58,557 nt of DNA. Source: an uncultured Muribaculaceae bacterium (lineage in GTDB: Bacteria > Bacillota_I > Bacilli_A > RF39 > UBA660). A program made the translations under genes and the position numbers. Below the pieces are notes generated by a model. The model saw nothing but the letters and a program-made list of their open reading frames with translations, was not told the origin of the DNA and made no database searches. Positions within the stretch are counted from its first letter, which is position 1, and every line of letters starts with the position of its first letter. Shown piece by piece: positions 27,578 through 37,395 of the stretch. The stretch spans positions 1-58,557 of the forward strand of contig CAYJFC010000001.1 of NCBI GenBank assembly GCA_964369625.1, in the 5' to 3' direction.

Positions 27578-28340
27578 TTTTTTTGTAGATACACATGCAC
27601 ATGTGTTTTCAAAAACATATGATAATATATTTGAAATTCTTGAAGAAGCACAAAATAATAACATTAACTATGTAATAAATTCTGGATATGATTATGTATC
27701 TAATAAAGAAGTATTAAGTTTAATTAATACACATGATAATATGTATGGTACTATTGGTATCCATCCATCAGAAGCTTCAAATTATATAAAAGAAGATATT
27801 ACACATATTTTAAATAATATACAAAATAAAAAAATAGTAGCGATTGGAGAAATAGGCTTAGATTATTACTATACAAAAGAAAATAAAGAAGAACAAATTA
27901 TGTTATTTGAACAATTATTAAAAATAGCAGAAGAAAATAATATACCAGTTGTAATTCATTCTAGAGAAGCAACAGAGGATACGCTTAAGATACTAAAAAA
28001 ATATAAATGCGCTGGTGTTATCCATTCTTTTTCTGGTTCACTTGAAACAGCAATGGAATATATTAAAATAGGTTATGCAATAGGGATTAATGGGGTAGTT
28101 ACTTTTAAAAACAGTAAATTTAAAGAATATTTAAATAAAATCCCATTAGAAAACATTGTTTTGGAAACTGATTGTCCTTTTTTAACTCCATCTCCATTTA
28201 GAGGAAAACAAAACAGTCCTAAACATGTAAAGGAGATAGCAGATTTTGTAGCTAATATATACAATATTCCAGTATCTTCCTTAGCAAAAATAACCAATGA
28301 AAATGTACTTAGAATTTTTGACAAGATACATAAATTATGA
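27570..28340 (+). CDS. tatD: TatD-family metal-dependent DNase/hydrolase
   Basis: Has DTHAH, EIGLDYY, VIHSR, ETDCPFL motifs. It follows metG, as yabD does in B. subtilis. Confidence 0.88.
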   Translation: MNNFFVDTHAHVFSKTYDNIFEILEEAQNNNINYVINSGYDYVSNKEVLSLINTHDNMYGTIGIHPSEASNYIKEDITHILNNIQNKKIVAIGEIGLDYYYTKENKEEQIMLFEQLLKIAEENNIPVVIHSREATEDTLKILKKYKCAGVIHSFSGSLETAMEYIKIGYAIGINGVVTFKNSKFKEYLNKIPLENIVLETDCPFLTPSPFRGKQNSPKHVKEIADFVANIYNIPVSSLAKITNENVLRIFDKIHKL

Positions 28341-28375
28341 TATCATTTAAACGTACATTTGAGGTGAAATGTAAA

Positions 28376-28900
28376 ATGAAATTATTAAATAAAATCGTAA
28401 GGTCAATGTTAGTTATAACAATTGTAATAGCAGCTGCAACAAGTGCTAGTTCATTTGAATCTAACTATGAGAACACAAATATAAATAAAACAGTAAACTT
28501 ATCTACTATGGCTATGAAAATAGTGGAAAATGAAGAAGAAAGATTATATACCCCGCTTAGCACTTTATCTGGGGAATTAACAGGATATGTATATAATTGT
28601 CCATTATGTACAGGTAGACTTGCATGTATGAGTTCACTTGATTTATCTAATGGAACTACAACTTATAATGATGAAACATATGGAGATGTTAAAATAGTAG
28701 CATCGTCTAAAAATTTACCTTGTGGAACAATATTGTCTATTACTTCTAGTAGAATAAGTAGTGAGGCAACTACGGCAATAGTGCTAGATAGAGGCGTTCT
28801 AGGAAATGATTTAGACCTTCTAGTAGATACTATGGAAACAGCACTTACTACAGTAGGTAGAAGTAATATAACATATAATGTATTAAGGAGTGGATGGTAA
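28376..28900 (+). CDS. 3D-domain secreted protein (YabE/YuiC-like)
   Basis: A signal peptide is followed by a C-terminal 3D-like segment (VASSKNLPCGT..IVLDRGVLGNDLDLL). I prefer the ATG at 28376 after GAGGTG. Confidence 0.6.
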   Translation: MKLLNKIVRSMLVITIVIAAATSASSFESNYENTNINKTVNLSTMAMKIVENEEERLYTPLSTLSGELTGYVYNCPLCTGRLACMSSLDLSNGTTTYNDETYGDVKIVASSKNLPCGTILSITSSRISSEATTAIVLDRGVLGNDLDLLVDTMETALTTVGRSNITYNVLRSGW

Positions 28901-29688
28901 CATCCTTTTTAATTATGAAAGCAAAGAAACAATATGGACAAAATTTTTTAATTGATGAAAAAGTATTAGAAGAAATATCTAATGCTGTTTTTGCAACTGA
29001 AAAAGATTTAATAATTGAGATAGGTCCTGGAAGAGGAGCTTTAACTAAAAAATTACTAGAAAAAGGATCTAAGGTAATAGCATATGAAATAGATACAGAT
29101 TTAATACCGTGGTTAAATAAATTGGATAATGGAAAATTGCAGGTAATATATAAAGATGTACTAAAAAGTGATATAAAAGAAGATATAAAAAACATCGAAT
29201 ATGAAAACATTTATATTGTAGGTAATTTACCATATTATATTACAACTCCAATAATTGAATTTATTACAAAATCTAATATTAAATTTAAATCATTAGTAAC
29301 AATGGTTCAAAAAGAAGTTGCGGATAGATTTACAGCGGTTCCTAAAACTAAAAATTATGGATATTTCACATTATATTTAAAACATTATTACGATAGTGAA
29401 AAAATAATAAATGTTGGAAAAGAGGCTTTTAATCCTGCTCCAAAAGTACTTAGTGCAGTAGTAAAATTTATTCCTAAAGCCAAGAAAAAAATAAATGAAG
29501 AAAAATATTTTGCTTTCTTAAAAGAATGCTTTAAAGAAAAAAGGAAAACACTAAGAAATAATTTGAAAAATTACAATTTTGAAGAAGTAAAAAAAATACT
29601 TAGTAAATACAATTTACCTGAATCAGTTAGATCAGAAGAATTACCAGAAGAAGTATTTTATGATATATATAATGAAATAATTAGTTAA
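28894..29688 (+). CDS. rsmA: 16S rRNA (adenine1518/1519-N6)-dimethyltransferase
   Basis: Motifs KKQYGQNFL, EIGPGRGALT and GNLPYYITTPI. The exact start is uncertain (28894 or 28915). Confidence 0.9.
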   Translation: MVTSFLIMKAKKQYGQNFLIDEKVLEEISNAVFATEKDLIIEIGPGRGALTKKLLEKGSKVIAYEIDTDLIPWLNKLDNGKLQVIYKDVLKSDIKEDIKNIEYENIYIVGNLPYYITTPIIEFITKSNIKFKSLVTMVQKEVADRFTAVPKTKNYGYFTLYLKHYYDSEKIINVGKEAFNPAPKVLSAVVKFIPKAKKKINEEKYFAFLKECFKEKRKTLRNNLKNYNFEEVKKILSKYNLPESVRSEELPEEVFYDIYNEIIS

Positions 29689-29746
29689 TAACTAATTTTT
29701 TTTATGTCATAAATATAGTTAAAACATACAATATAATGTGATGAAT

Positions 29747-30511
29747 ATGGAAATAAAAAAAGGTGACTTAGTAACTAGAGAAAGCTATGATAATGATACT
29801 ATATTTAAAGTAATTAATATAAAAGATGGAATGTACTATTTAAAAGGAATTGAAGCAAGACTTTATGCAAATAGTGAAGTTATAGATTTAAATATTGTAA
29901 ACGATTATGTAGAAGAATTAGATGAAGATAGAGGTGAAATAAAAATAGTAGATGACTATTTTTATTTACCTGCTAAAATTTTGCATATAGATGGAGATAC
30001 TGAGTATTTAAATAGGTGTTTGAAATTTTATAAAAAATTAGGTTTATATTCAATAGGAAAAAGAATTAAGGAAGATAACATATATGAACAAATAAAAGAA
30101 CTATTAGAAGAATATAAACCTGATATAGTCATTATTACTGGACATGATGCATATTATAGAAAAAAAGGGGATACAAAAAACATAAAAAATTATAAAAATT
30201 CTTCTAATTTTATTAAAGCAATAAAAGTAGCTAGGAAATATGAAAAAAGCCATGAAAAATTAGTAATTATAGCTGGAGCGTGTCAAAGTTACTATGAAGA
30301 ACTAATAAAAGCAGGAGCAAATTTTGCATCTAGTCCAAAAAGAGTTAATATACATGCTTTGGATCCAGCTATCATAGCATCAACAATAGCATTAACAGAG
30401 CGCAGTGAAAAAATAGATTTAATAACTCTACTAGAAAAAACAAAATATGGTTCAAAAGGAATGGGTGGTATAATAACAAATGGTTTTATGTATGTAGGAT
30501 ATCCCAGATAG
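29747..30511 (+). CDS. yabG: Sporulation-specific protease YabG
   Basis: The N-terminus MEIKKGDLVTRESY..IFKV resembles YabG, and the HIDGD and ITGHDA motifs are present. It follows rsmA as in Bacillus. The start is ambiguous (29738, 29741 or 29747). Confidence 0.8.
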   Translation: MEIKKGDLVTRESYDNDTIFKVINIKDGMYYLKGIEARLYANSEVIDLNIVNDYVEELDEDRGEIKIVDDYFYLPAKILHIDGDTEYLNRCLKFYKKLGLYSIGKRIKEDNIYEQIKELLEEYKPDIVIITGHDAYYRKKGDTKNIKNYKNSSNFIKAIKVARKYEKSHEKLVIIAGACQSYYEELIKAGANFASSPKRVNIHALDPAIIASTIALTERSEKIDLITLLEKTKYGSKGMGGIITNGFMYVGYPR

Positions 30512-30518
30512 GAGAATA

Positions 30519-30734
30519 ATGAATATTAATCATGTAAAACAAGAAATAGAATTAAAAATAGGTAAAGATGTTCAAATTATTGTATATGGTATGAGAAATA
30601 AAACAAGTACATATGTGGGAAAAATAAAAACAGTTTATCCAAATATATTTACATTGCAAACGGGTATTGGAGAAAAATCTTTTTCTTTCGCAGATGTATG
30701 CACAGGAGATGTTAAAATAAAATATTTAAGTTAA
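30519..30734 (+). CDS. veg: Veg protein
   Basis: 71-aa ORF after yabG with a Veg-like pattern (G..V.....G.RNK......G.I...YPNIF). Confidence 0.75.
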   Translation: MNINHVKQEIELKIGKDVQIIVYGMRNKTSTYVGKIKTVYPNIFTLQTGIGEKSFSFADVCTGDVKIKYLS

Positions 30735-30803
30735 AAAGACTTGCTTATTATATATATATGATTTACAATAGACTTATAGAAAGCTTAAAGGAGAGTGGAA
30801 AAG

Positions 30804-31058
30804 ATGGAAATTACATCAGTAAAAGTTTTCAAATCTGAAAGGGAAGGTTCACGTGTTAAGGGTTATGCAACTGTAACAATTGATGATTGTTTAATGATAC
30901 ATAACATAAGAATTATCGAAGGAACTGAAAAAATGATTATAGCGATGCCAAGTCGTAAAGTAAGTGAGGATAGACATGAAGATGTTGTTCATCCTTTAAA
31001 TTCAGAAACAAGAAATTTGTTTGTAGAAAAAATATTAGAAGAATATAATAAGAATTAA
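30804..31058 (+). CDS. spoVG: Septation/sporulation regulator SpoVG
   Basis: MEITSVKV....EGSRVKGYATVTIDDCLMIHNIRIIEG...MIIAMPSRK is the canonical SpoVG fold sequence. I prefer the ATG at 30804 after AAGGAG. Confidence 0.92.
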   Translation: MEITSVKVFKSEREGSRVKGYATVTIDDCLMIHNIRIIEGTEKMIIAMPSRKVSEDRHEDVVHPLNSETRNLFVEKILEEYNKN

Positions 31059-31122
31059 TTATATTCTTTTTTTGTGAATAAAAATTAAATAAAGGCATAA
31101 ATTTTATTGAAAGGATATAGCT

Positions 31123-31404
31123 ATGAACGAAAAAATAAATCAAACAGTACATGAAATAAAAATGGTAGATAGAGCCTTTATAAATTTAACAGGAATTATA
31201 AAAATAATTAGCTTTAACGATGAAGAATTTTTACTTGAATCAAATATGGGTAATATACATATTAAAGGTGAAACTTTAGAAGTTATAAAAATGGATACTT
31301 TGGATGGTAATGTAAAAATTAAAGGTCATATTAGTAATATAAATTATATAGAGAGCAAACAAAAAAATAAAGAAGAAAGTATAATGGCTAAATTATTTAG
31401 ATAA
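31123..31404 (+). CDS. yabP: Sporulation protein YabP
   Basis: 93-aa ORF with the YabP pattern (INLTGI..I.SFNDEEFLLES..G.IHIKGE.LEV) and yabQ immediately downstream. Confidence 0.8.
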   Translation: MNEKINQTVHEIKMVDRAFINLTGIIKIISFNDEEFLLESNMGNIHIKGETLEVIKMDTLDGNVKIKGHISNINYIESKQKNKEESIMAKLFR

Positions 31405-31691
31405 TGAACATTGATATTCAAATAATATGTATATTGTTTTCGCTTCTGTATGGAGTAATATACTACTTTGCTGCCCAAGTAAATAAAAAAATAATTTGTC
31501 ATAAAAACAAAGTATTTCAAATAATAGTTTCATTGTTATATTCAGTAAACAGTGTAATATTATATGCTATTATTTTATACAAAATAAATTATGGTATATT
31601 TCATATATATTTTCTTTTTACAATTATTACAGGATATATAGTAGCATATGTATCCTGTAAATATATTGTCAAGCTAAAAAAAAGTTCTTGA
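31404..31691 (+). CDS. yabQ: Spore cortex biosynthesis protein YabQ (membrane)
   Basis: 95-aa polytopic membrane ORF whose start overlaps the yabP stop, in the conserved yabP-yabQ-divIC order. Confidence 0.7.
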   Translation: MNIDIQIICILFSLLYGVIYYFAAQVNKKIICHKNKVFQIIVSLLYSVNSVILYAIILYKINYGIFHIYFLFTIITGYIVAYVSCKYIVKLKKSS

Positions 31692-31740
31692 TATTTTCAT
31701 TTTTATGGAGTACTATGTATATAGTATAAGGGTGAATATA

Positions 31741-32025
31741 TTGAAGACTAGTAGAAAAGAAAAAAAACGATTATTTATTATATCAAGTTTTATTTTAATA
31801 CTTGTGGGTGTTTTAATAACTAGTTCATATAGTGATTGGAAAGTAATACTAGAAAATAATAGTAAGACAATTGCTTTACAAGAAACATATGATGCTTTAA
31901 TTGAGGAAGAAAGATCTTTAGAAAGTGAAGTAACAAAATTAAAAGATCCAGAATATGTTGCTAGATATGCAAAAGAAAAATATATGTATTCATCAGCTGG
32001 AGAAGTAATAATAAGAATGGATTAA
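31741..32025 (+). CDS. divIC: Septum formation initiator DivIC/FtsB family
   Basis: A basic N-terminus, one TM segment and a coiled coil, with the [16 protein letters not shown] motif. I prefer the TTG at 31741 after AAGGGTGA; the track starts at 31705. Confidence 0.75.
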   Translation: MKTSRKEKKRLFIISSFILILVGVLITSSYSDWKVILENNSKTIALQETYDALIEEERSLESEVTKLKDPEYVARYAKEKYMYSSAGEVIIRMD

Positions 32026-32606
32026 CCATTCTTATTTTTTATTATTTCATCTATTAATCCATAAGCAAGCGCTTCATTAGAATTTAGAAAGTTATCTCTG
32101 TCGGTATCTTTTTCTATAATGCTAATATTTTTATTAGTAACTTTACTTAAAATTGTATTGAGTTTTTCTCTCATTTTAATAATTCTTTCAGCAGCGATTT
32201 TTACATCGCTTGCTTGTCCTTGAGCGCCGCCTAAAGGTTGATGGATCATAACTTCAGTATTAGGTAAAACTTTTCTTTTACCATTTGTTCCAGTTGCTAG
32301 TAAAAAAGCACCCATACTAGCGCAGATACCTAATCCTATAGTATTTACATCTGATTTAATATAATTTACAGTATCATAAATCGCCATCCCTGCTGTAACA
32401 GATCCACCTGGGCTATTAATATAAATGTAAATGTCATCGTGACTAAGAGAGTCTAAATATAGAAGCTGACTCACTACTAAATTGCTGGTAACATCTGTTA
32501 TCTCTTCGCAAATAAATATTATTCTATCTTGAAGCATTCTAGAATATAAGTCAAATGCATATTCTTTATTATTACTTTTTTCTAATATTGTTGGTATTAT
32601 GTTCAT
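32022..32606 (-). CDS. clpP: ATP-dependent Clp protease proteolytic subunit
   Basis: Contains [17 protein letters not shown], the catalytic Ser context CASMGAFLL, and IHQPLGG. Confidence 0.95.
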   Translation of the reverse strand: MNIIPTILEKSNNKEYAFDLYSRMLQDRIIFICEEITDVTSNLVVSQLLYLDSLSHDDIYIYINSPGGSVTAGMAIYDTVNYIKSDVNTIGLGICASMGAFLLATGTNGKRKVLPNTEVMIHQPLGGAQGQASDVKIAAERIIKMREKLNTILSKVTNKNISIIEKDTDRDNFLNSNEALAYGLIDEIIKNKNG

Positions 32607-32703
32607 TTGTTAATCTCCTATAAATATAATAGTAAAATAATAAAAAAATTATTCATAATTTTACATTTTTAATTAAAAAATATTTAAGAATATAATACAT
32701 ATA

Positions 32704-32712
32704 TGATATAAT
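32704..32712 (+). promoter_or_regulatory. Extended -10 element (TGATATAAT)
   Basis: Lies about 25 nt upstream of the 32737 ATG. Confidence 0.4.
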
Positions 32713-32736
32713 GTAAAAGAATAAAGGGGTTTTTAT

Positions 32737-34380
32737 ATGGATAAAATTAAAGTTACATATAATGATGACACAAAAGAATTTGAAAAAGGAACGTCTTATA
32801 AAGATATATGCTCTTCTTTTAATGTGTTAAATAATACAATTGCGGTAAAAGTTGATAACGATGTTAAAGAATTAATCGAAACACCAGAAATAGATGTTGA
32901 AATAGTCACTCTTGACGCCATATCAATGGAAGGTAGAGTTATATATAAATCAGGACTTAAATTTATATTTGAGGTAGCTGTTAAAGAACTATATCCACAA
33001 GCTTGTGTTACATATGAACATAGTGTACCTCTAGGAATGCTTACAACTATAGTATCAGATAAGATGTTTAATCAATCTGATATTGATAAAATTGGGACTA
33101 AAATGAAAGAAATTATAGAAAAAGACATACCAATTAAAAAGATAAGTGTTCATAAAAAGGAAGCATTGAAATTTTTTAATCAAAAAAAACAATTTGAAAA
33201 AGCAGATAACATAGCCAATATATCTGATAAAATAATTACTATTTATGAATTAAATGGACATCATAATTATTTTTATTCTGATATGCCACATTCTACAAAT
33301 ATTATTAATAAATATGAAATAGTTAATTTAGGAAACAATAAAATAATATTTATATTACCATCAAGTAAATTAAAAGGTCAGATTCCAAATTATATTCATC
33401 ATGCAGGGATTATTGATGCGTTTATTGAAAGTAAAGAGTGGATATTAAAACAAAAAATGCAGTATGTCACAAATTTAAATGTAAATGTTGGAAATGGTAG
33501 AATAAAGAGTTTTATGAAGTCTAACGAAATAGTTTTTAACTTAAGTTTGTTTAGAGCTGCAACTCATATAATGGAAAACAAAAATATTAAATTTATAATG
33601 GTGGCAGGCCCATCTTCAAGTGGTAAAACAACATCAACTTCAAAGTTAGCTACATTACTTAATTCTTTAGGGTATGACACTATAAAAATTAGTACAGATG
33701 ATTACTTTGTAGACAGAGATGATACTCCATTAGATGAAAATGGGGAATTCAATTTTGAGGCTCTTCAGGCAATAGATTTAGATTATTTAAATAATGATTT
33801 AAAAAAATTACTTAATAAAGAACCTATAAAAATGCCAGTGTATAATTTTATAACAGGCAAAAAAGAAATGGGTAACCAAACTACTATTTTAAAAGAAAAT
33901 AGTATAATATTAATTGAAGGATTACATGCCTTAAATGACGAACTAACACCGCAAATAGATTCCAAATTAAAATACAAAATATATTTAAGTCCATTTATGC
34001 CATTAAGTATAGATAGACATAATTATATATCATCTATTGATTTAAGACTTTTAAGAAGAATAGTAAGGGATAATAGAACAAGAGGATACGGAGTGGCAAC
34101 AACAATACATAATTGGAAAGTTGTAAGAAGTGGTGAAGAAAAATACATATTCCCGTATATTCATCAAGCGGATATTATCATAAATACTTCACTAATTTAT
34201 GAAATAGGAGTATTAAAAGTATATATAGAGCCACTACTTCTTAGCATAGGGGTAAATTCACCTTACTACTCTGAAGCAAAAAGATTGTTACGTTTCTTAA
34301 AACAATTTTTTGCAATACCTAGTGAATATGTACCAAAAGATTCGATAGTTAGAGAATTTATAGGAGGAAACGATGATTAG
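32737..34380 (+). CDS. Uridine kinase-family nucleoside kinase with an N-terminal TGS/ThrRS-like region
   Basis: 547-aa ORF with the P-loop VAGPSSSGKTT in the C-terminal half and PRK/uridine-kinase-like blocks (IEGLHALN, RDNRTRG). Confidence 0.6.
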   Translation: MDKIKVTYNDDTKEFEKGTSYKDICSSFNVLNNTIAVKVDNDVKELIETPEIDVEIVTLDAISMEGRVIYKSGLKFIFEVAVKELYPQACVTYEHSVPLGMLTTIVSDKMFNQSDIDKIGTKMKEIIEKDIPIKKISVHKKEALKFFNQKKQFEKADNIANISDKIITIYELNGHHNYFYSDMPHSTNIINKYEIVNLGNNKIIFILPSSKLKGQIPNYIHHAGIIDAFIESKEWILKQKMQYVTNLNVNVGNGRIKSFMKSNEIVFNLSLFRAATHIMENKNIKFIMVAGPSSSGKTTSTSKLATLLNSLGYDTIKISTDDYFVDRDDTPLDENGEFNFEALQAIDLDYLNNDLKKLLNKEPIKMPVYNFITGKKEMGNQTTILKENSIILIEGLHALNDELTPQIDSKLKYKIYLSPFMPLSIDRHNYISSIDLRLLRRIVRDNRTRGYGVATTIHNWKVVRSGEEKYIFPYIHQADIIINTSLIYEIGVLKVYIEPLLLSIGVNSPYYSEAKRLLRFLKQFFAIPSEYVPKDSIVREFIGGNDD

Positions 34381-35380
34381 AGCAGCAATTAACGGATTTG
34401 GAAGAATAGGAAGATTAGCATTTAAAGAGATGATCACTAATAAAGATTTTGATATAATTGCTATTAATTCAGTTGGTTCACCAGAGGAATTTGCATTTTT
34501 ATTAAAATATGATTCATCTTTTGGACCTTTTCATCCAGATGATATTTCATTTGATTCAAATAATATAATAATTAAAGGCATAAAAAAAATAAAAGTATTA
34601 TGCGAAATGGATCCAGAAAAATTACCATGGAAAGAATTAAATGTTGATGTTGTTTTGGAATGTACAGGAGTATTTACTAAAAAAGAAGATTTGTTAAAAC
34701 ATGTAACTGCAGGTGCAAAAAAAGTAGTATTATCAGCACCTGGAAAAGATGAAATGAAGACAGTAGTATATAATGTAAATGATGATATATTAACAAATGA
34801 AGATAATGTAATATCAGCTGCATCATGTACCACTAATTGCTTAGCGCCTGTGCTGAAAATAATAAATGATAATATAGGAATAGAAAAAGGCTTAATGACT
34901 ACGGTGCATGCATATACCTCAGATCAAATGGTTCTTGATGGAGCACATAAGGCTGGAATAAAAGCTAGAAGAGGAAGAAGTGCATCTGAAAATATAGTTC
35001 CTGCTTCTACCGGAGCGGCAAAAGCTATTGGGTTAGTAATTCCTGAACTGTTAGGAAAAATGGATGGTACTAGTTTAAGAGTTCCAGTTCCTGTAGGTTC
35101 TATTATAGATGTGACATTAGAACTTTCTAAAAATACTACAGTAGATGAAATAAATAAATTGTTTGAATTAAATCAAAATGAAACAATAAAATTTACGATG
35201 GATCCAATTGTGTCTAAAGATATAGTAGGTTCAAAGTATGGATCTATAGTAGATGGTTTGTCAACATCTATATTAGAAGTAGATAATAAACAACTTGTCA
35301 AAATATTATCGTGGTATGATAATGAGACAGGATATACTGCTCAAATGATAAGAACAGTCAAAAAATTATTTGAAATATGA
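34373..35380 (+). CDS. gap: Type I glyceraldehyde-3-phosphate dehydrogenase
   Basis: INGFGRIGRL and the catalytic SCTTNCLAP motif, ending in WYDNETGY. Confidence 0.95.
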   Translation: MIRAAINGFGRIGRLAFKEMITNKDFDIIAINSVGSPEEFAFLLKYDSSFGPFHPDDISFDSNNIIIKGIKKIKVLCEMDPEKLPWKELNVDVVLECTGVFTKKEDLLKHVTAGAKKVVLSAPGKDEMKTVVYNVNDDILTNEDNVISAASCTTNCLAPVLKIINDNIGIEKGLMTTVHAYTSDQMVLDGAHKAGIKARRGRSASENIVPASTGAAKAIGLVIPELLGKMDGTSLRVPVPVGSIIDVTLELSKNTTVDEINKLFELNQNETIKFTMDPIVSKDIVGSKYGSIVDGLSTSILEVDNKQLVKILSWYDNETGYTAQMIRTVKKLFEI

Positions 35381-35387
35381 TAAATAG

Positions 35388-35413
35388 AGTTACTAAAAGT
35401 AACTTTTTATTTT
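35388..35413 (+). terminator. Rho-independent terminator after gap
   Basis: Stem agttac/gtaact with loop taaaa, followed by ttttatttt. Confidence 0.6.
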
Positions 35414-35459
35414 GATAATATAATTAATATAAGGTATAATTATAATAGGAGATGTACTA

Positions 35460-36578
35460 ATGAAAAATATAAAAGATATAGATTTAAAGAATAAAAGAGT
35501 TATAATACGTTGTGATTTGAATGTACCAATGTCTAGTGGCACCATTAGTGATTCAAATAGAATTATCAAGTGTTTAAATACATTAAAATATCTACTTAGT
35601 AATAACTGTAAAATAATTATTTTAAGTCATTTTGGACGTATAAAACATGAAGAAGATAAGGAAAAATATTCACTTAAAATAGTGGCAAAAAAATTAAGTG
35701 AAATGATGGAATATCCGGTGCATTTTATAAATAGTTGTTATGGAAATAAAACTAAAGAAATAGTAGATTCATATCCTTTAAAATCTATTATTATGTTAGA
35801 AAATACAAGATTCATGGATTTAGTTGATAAACAAGAGAGTCATAACTACAGTGAGCTAGCAAAATACTGGGCTTCACTTGCAGATATATATATAAATGAT
35901 GCTTTTGGTTCAAGTCATAGAGAACATGCTAGTACAGCTGGTATATGTAAATATTTACCAAGTGCAGTAGGATATTTAGTAAAAGAGGAAATAGAAAATT
36001 TAAAGCCTTTAATAAATATTGATAAAAGACCTTTTACAATATTTATGGGGGGAGCTAAAGTGGAAGATAAACTTCCTATTATAAAAAAATTATTGCCTAA
36101 ATGTGATTATTTACTATTAGGAGGAGGAATTCTCAATTCGTTTTTAAAAGCGATTAACATAGAAATATATGATTCTTTAGTAACAGAAGATCCTCTTATT
36201 ATTAGAGAGTTAAAAGAATTGTATATAAGTTATGAAAATAAAATTATACTAACTAAAAATTATATTGTTGATGATAATAAAATATTAGATATAAATATTG
36301 AAGGTTATAAAAAATATTTAAATGAAAGTAATTTAATATTTATAAATGGAACACCTGGAGTATTTGAAAATGATAAATTTAAAAAAGGAACAGAAGATTT
36401 GCTTAATTACGTTAAAACGCTTGATGCAGAGGTGATAGTTGGAGGGGGAGATACTGTCAGCGCAGTTAAGAAGATGAATTTGGAAAATGAATATAAGTTT
36501 GTATCAAGTGGAGGAGGAGCTACACTTGAATATATTGCAGATGGTACTTTAAAAGCCCTAGAATGGATAGATAAATGA
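35460..36578 (+). CDS. pgk: Phosphoglycerate kinase (short, 372 aa)
   Basis: Has RCDLNVP, SHFGR, NDAFGSSHR and GGGDT motifs. Confidence 0.9.
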   Translation: MKNIKDIDLKNKRVIIRCDLNVPMSSGTISDSNRIIKCLNTLKYLLSNNCKIIILSHFGRIKHEEDKEKYSLKIVAKKLSEMMEYPVHFINSCYGNKTKEIVDSYPLKSIIMLENTRFMDLVDKQESHNYSELAKYWASLADIYINDAFGSSHREHASTAGICKYLPSAVGYLVKEEIENLKPLINIDKRPFTIFMGGAKVEDKLPIIKKLLPKCDYLLLGGGILNSFLKAINIEIYDSLVTEDPLIIRELKELYISYENKIILTKNYIVDDNKILDINIEGYKKYLNESNLIFINGTPGVFENDKFKKGTEDLLNYVKTLDAEVIVGGGDTVSAVKKMNLENEYKFVSSGGGATLEYIADGTLKALEWIDK

Positions 36579-37246
36579 AATATATAATAGTTAACACTAA
36601 AAAGAAAATGTCTTTAGAAAAAATAAAGGTATACTATGATAATATAAGTAAATTTGGTTATGAAAATGTCAAATTAATTATTTGTCCTGAAAAAAAACAT
36701 TTAAATATTTTTTCTAAAAGAAATTATTGCTTAGGAGCACAAGATTTTAGCGATATTTCTGATTTAATAGATAACAATGTTACACATTGTATAGTAGGAC
36801 ATTATGATAGCAGAAATGCTGGTGATAGTGATCAAATAATAAGCAAAAAAATTAATATTCTTCAGGAAAATAATATAAAACCAATTTTATGTATAGGAGA
36901 ATATGAAAAAAGCGAGAATGTTTATAAAAAGCTTGAAAAACAAATAGATAATATATATATGAGTATAAAGAAACCGGAATATATAATAGTGGCATATGAA
37001 CCTTTTTGGGCTATAGGAACTAATATCGAAATTGATAACAATTTAATAGAGGATGTATTAATATATATTAAGAAGTATATATTTAATAATTATGGAGTCA
37101 GGGTAAGTGTAATATATGGGGGTAGCGTTAACAAAGATAATATAAGTTCTTTAAATAAGTTAAAAGAAGCTGATGGATATTTAATTTCAAGTGGCGCATT
37201 ACAAAGTGAAAATTTAAAAGAAATAGTGAAGTATTTCCAAGGGTAA
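36575..37246 (+). CDS. tpiA: Triose-phosphate isomerase (short, divergent, 223 aa)
   Basis: NTK (NxK), GH, AYEPFWAIGT (catalytic Glu) and YGGSV motifs, with ATGA overlap to pgk. Confidence 0.8.
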   Translation: MKYIIVNTKKKMSLEKIKVYYDNISKFGYENVKLIICPEKKHLNIFSKRNYCLGAQDFSDISDLIDNNVTHCIVGHYDSRNAGDSDQIISKKINILQENNIKPILCIGEYEKSENVYKKLEKQIDNIYMSIKKPEYIIVAYEPFWAIGTNIEIDNNLIEDVLIYIKKYIFNNYGVRVSVIYGGSVNKDNISSLNKLKEADGYLISSGALQSENLKEIVKYFQG

Positions 37247-37268
37247 CATTCGTTACCTTTTTCTTTTT
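37242..37268 (+). terminator. Rho-independent terminator after tpiA
   Basis: Stem ggtaac/gttacc with loop attc, followed by a T-rich run. Confidence 0.65.
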
Positions 37269-37275
37269 CTCATAA

Positions 37276-37282
37276 TTCGACA
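37276..37282 (-). promoter_or_regulatory. Perfect Spo0A box (TGTCGAA on - strand) upstream of spo0A
   Basis: ttcgaca on the + strand, 114 nt upstream of the spo0A start. A 1-mismatch copy, TGTCAAA, is at 37331-37337. Confidence 0.4.
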
Positions 37283-37395
37283 AATGTTTACAACTATTTA
37301 CACTGGTTGACAAAAAATTTACTAGTATTTTGTCAAATAATAAACTATAATGAATTTAGTTGTGAAAAATAATATGCTGTAAGAAAGGAACAAAA

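Noticed and set aside
37283-37395. Sigma-H or consensus sigma-A promoter assignment for spo0A.
   Set aside because: TTGACA (37307-37312) and TATAAT (37346-37351) are too far apart. No AGGA-type -35 is correctly spaced from the GAAT at 37352-37355. The promoter is therefore left uncalled.
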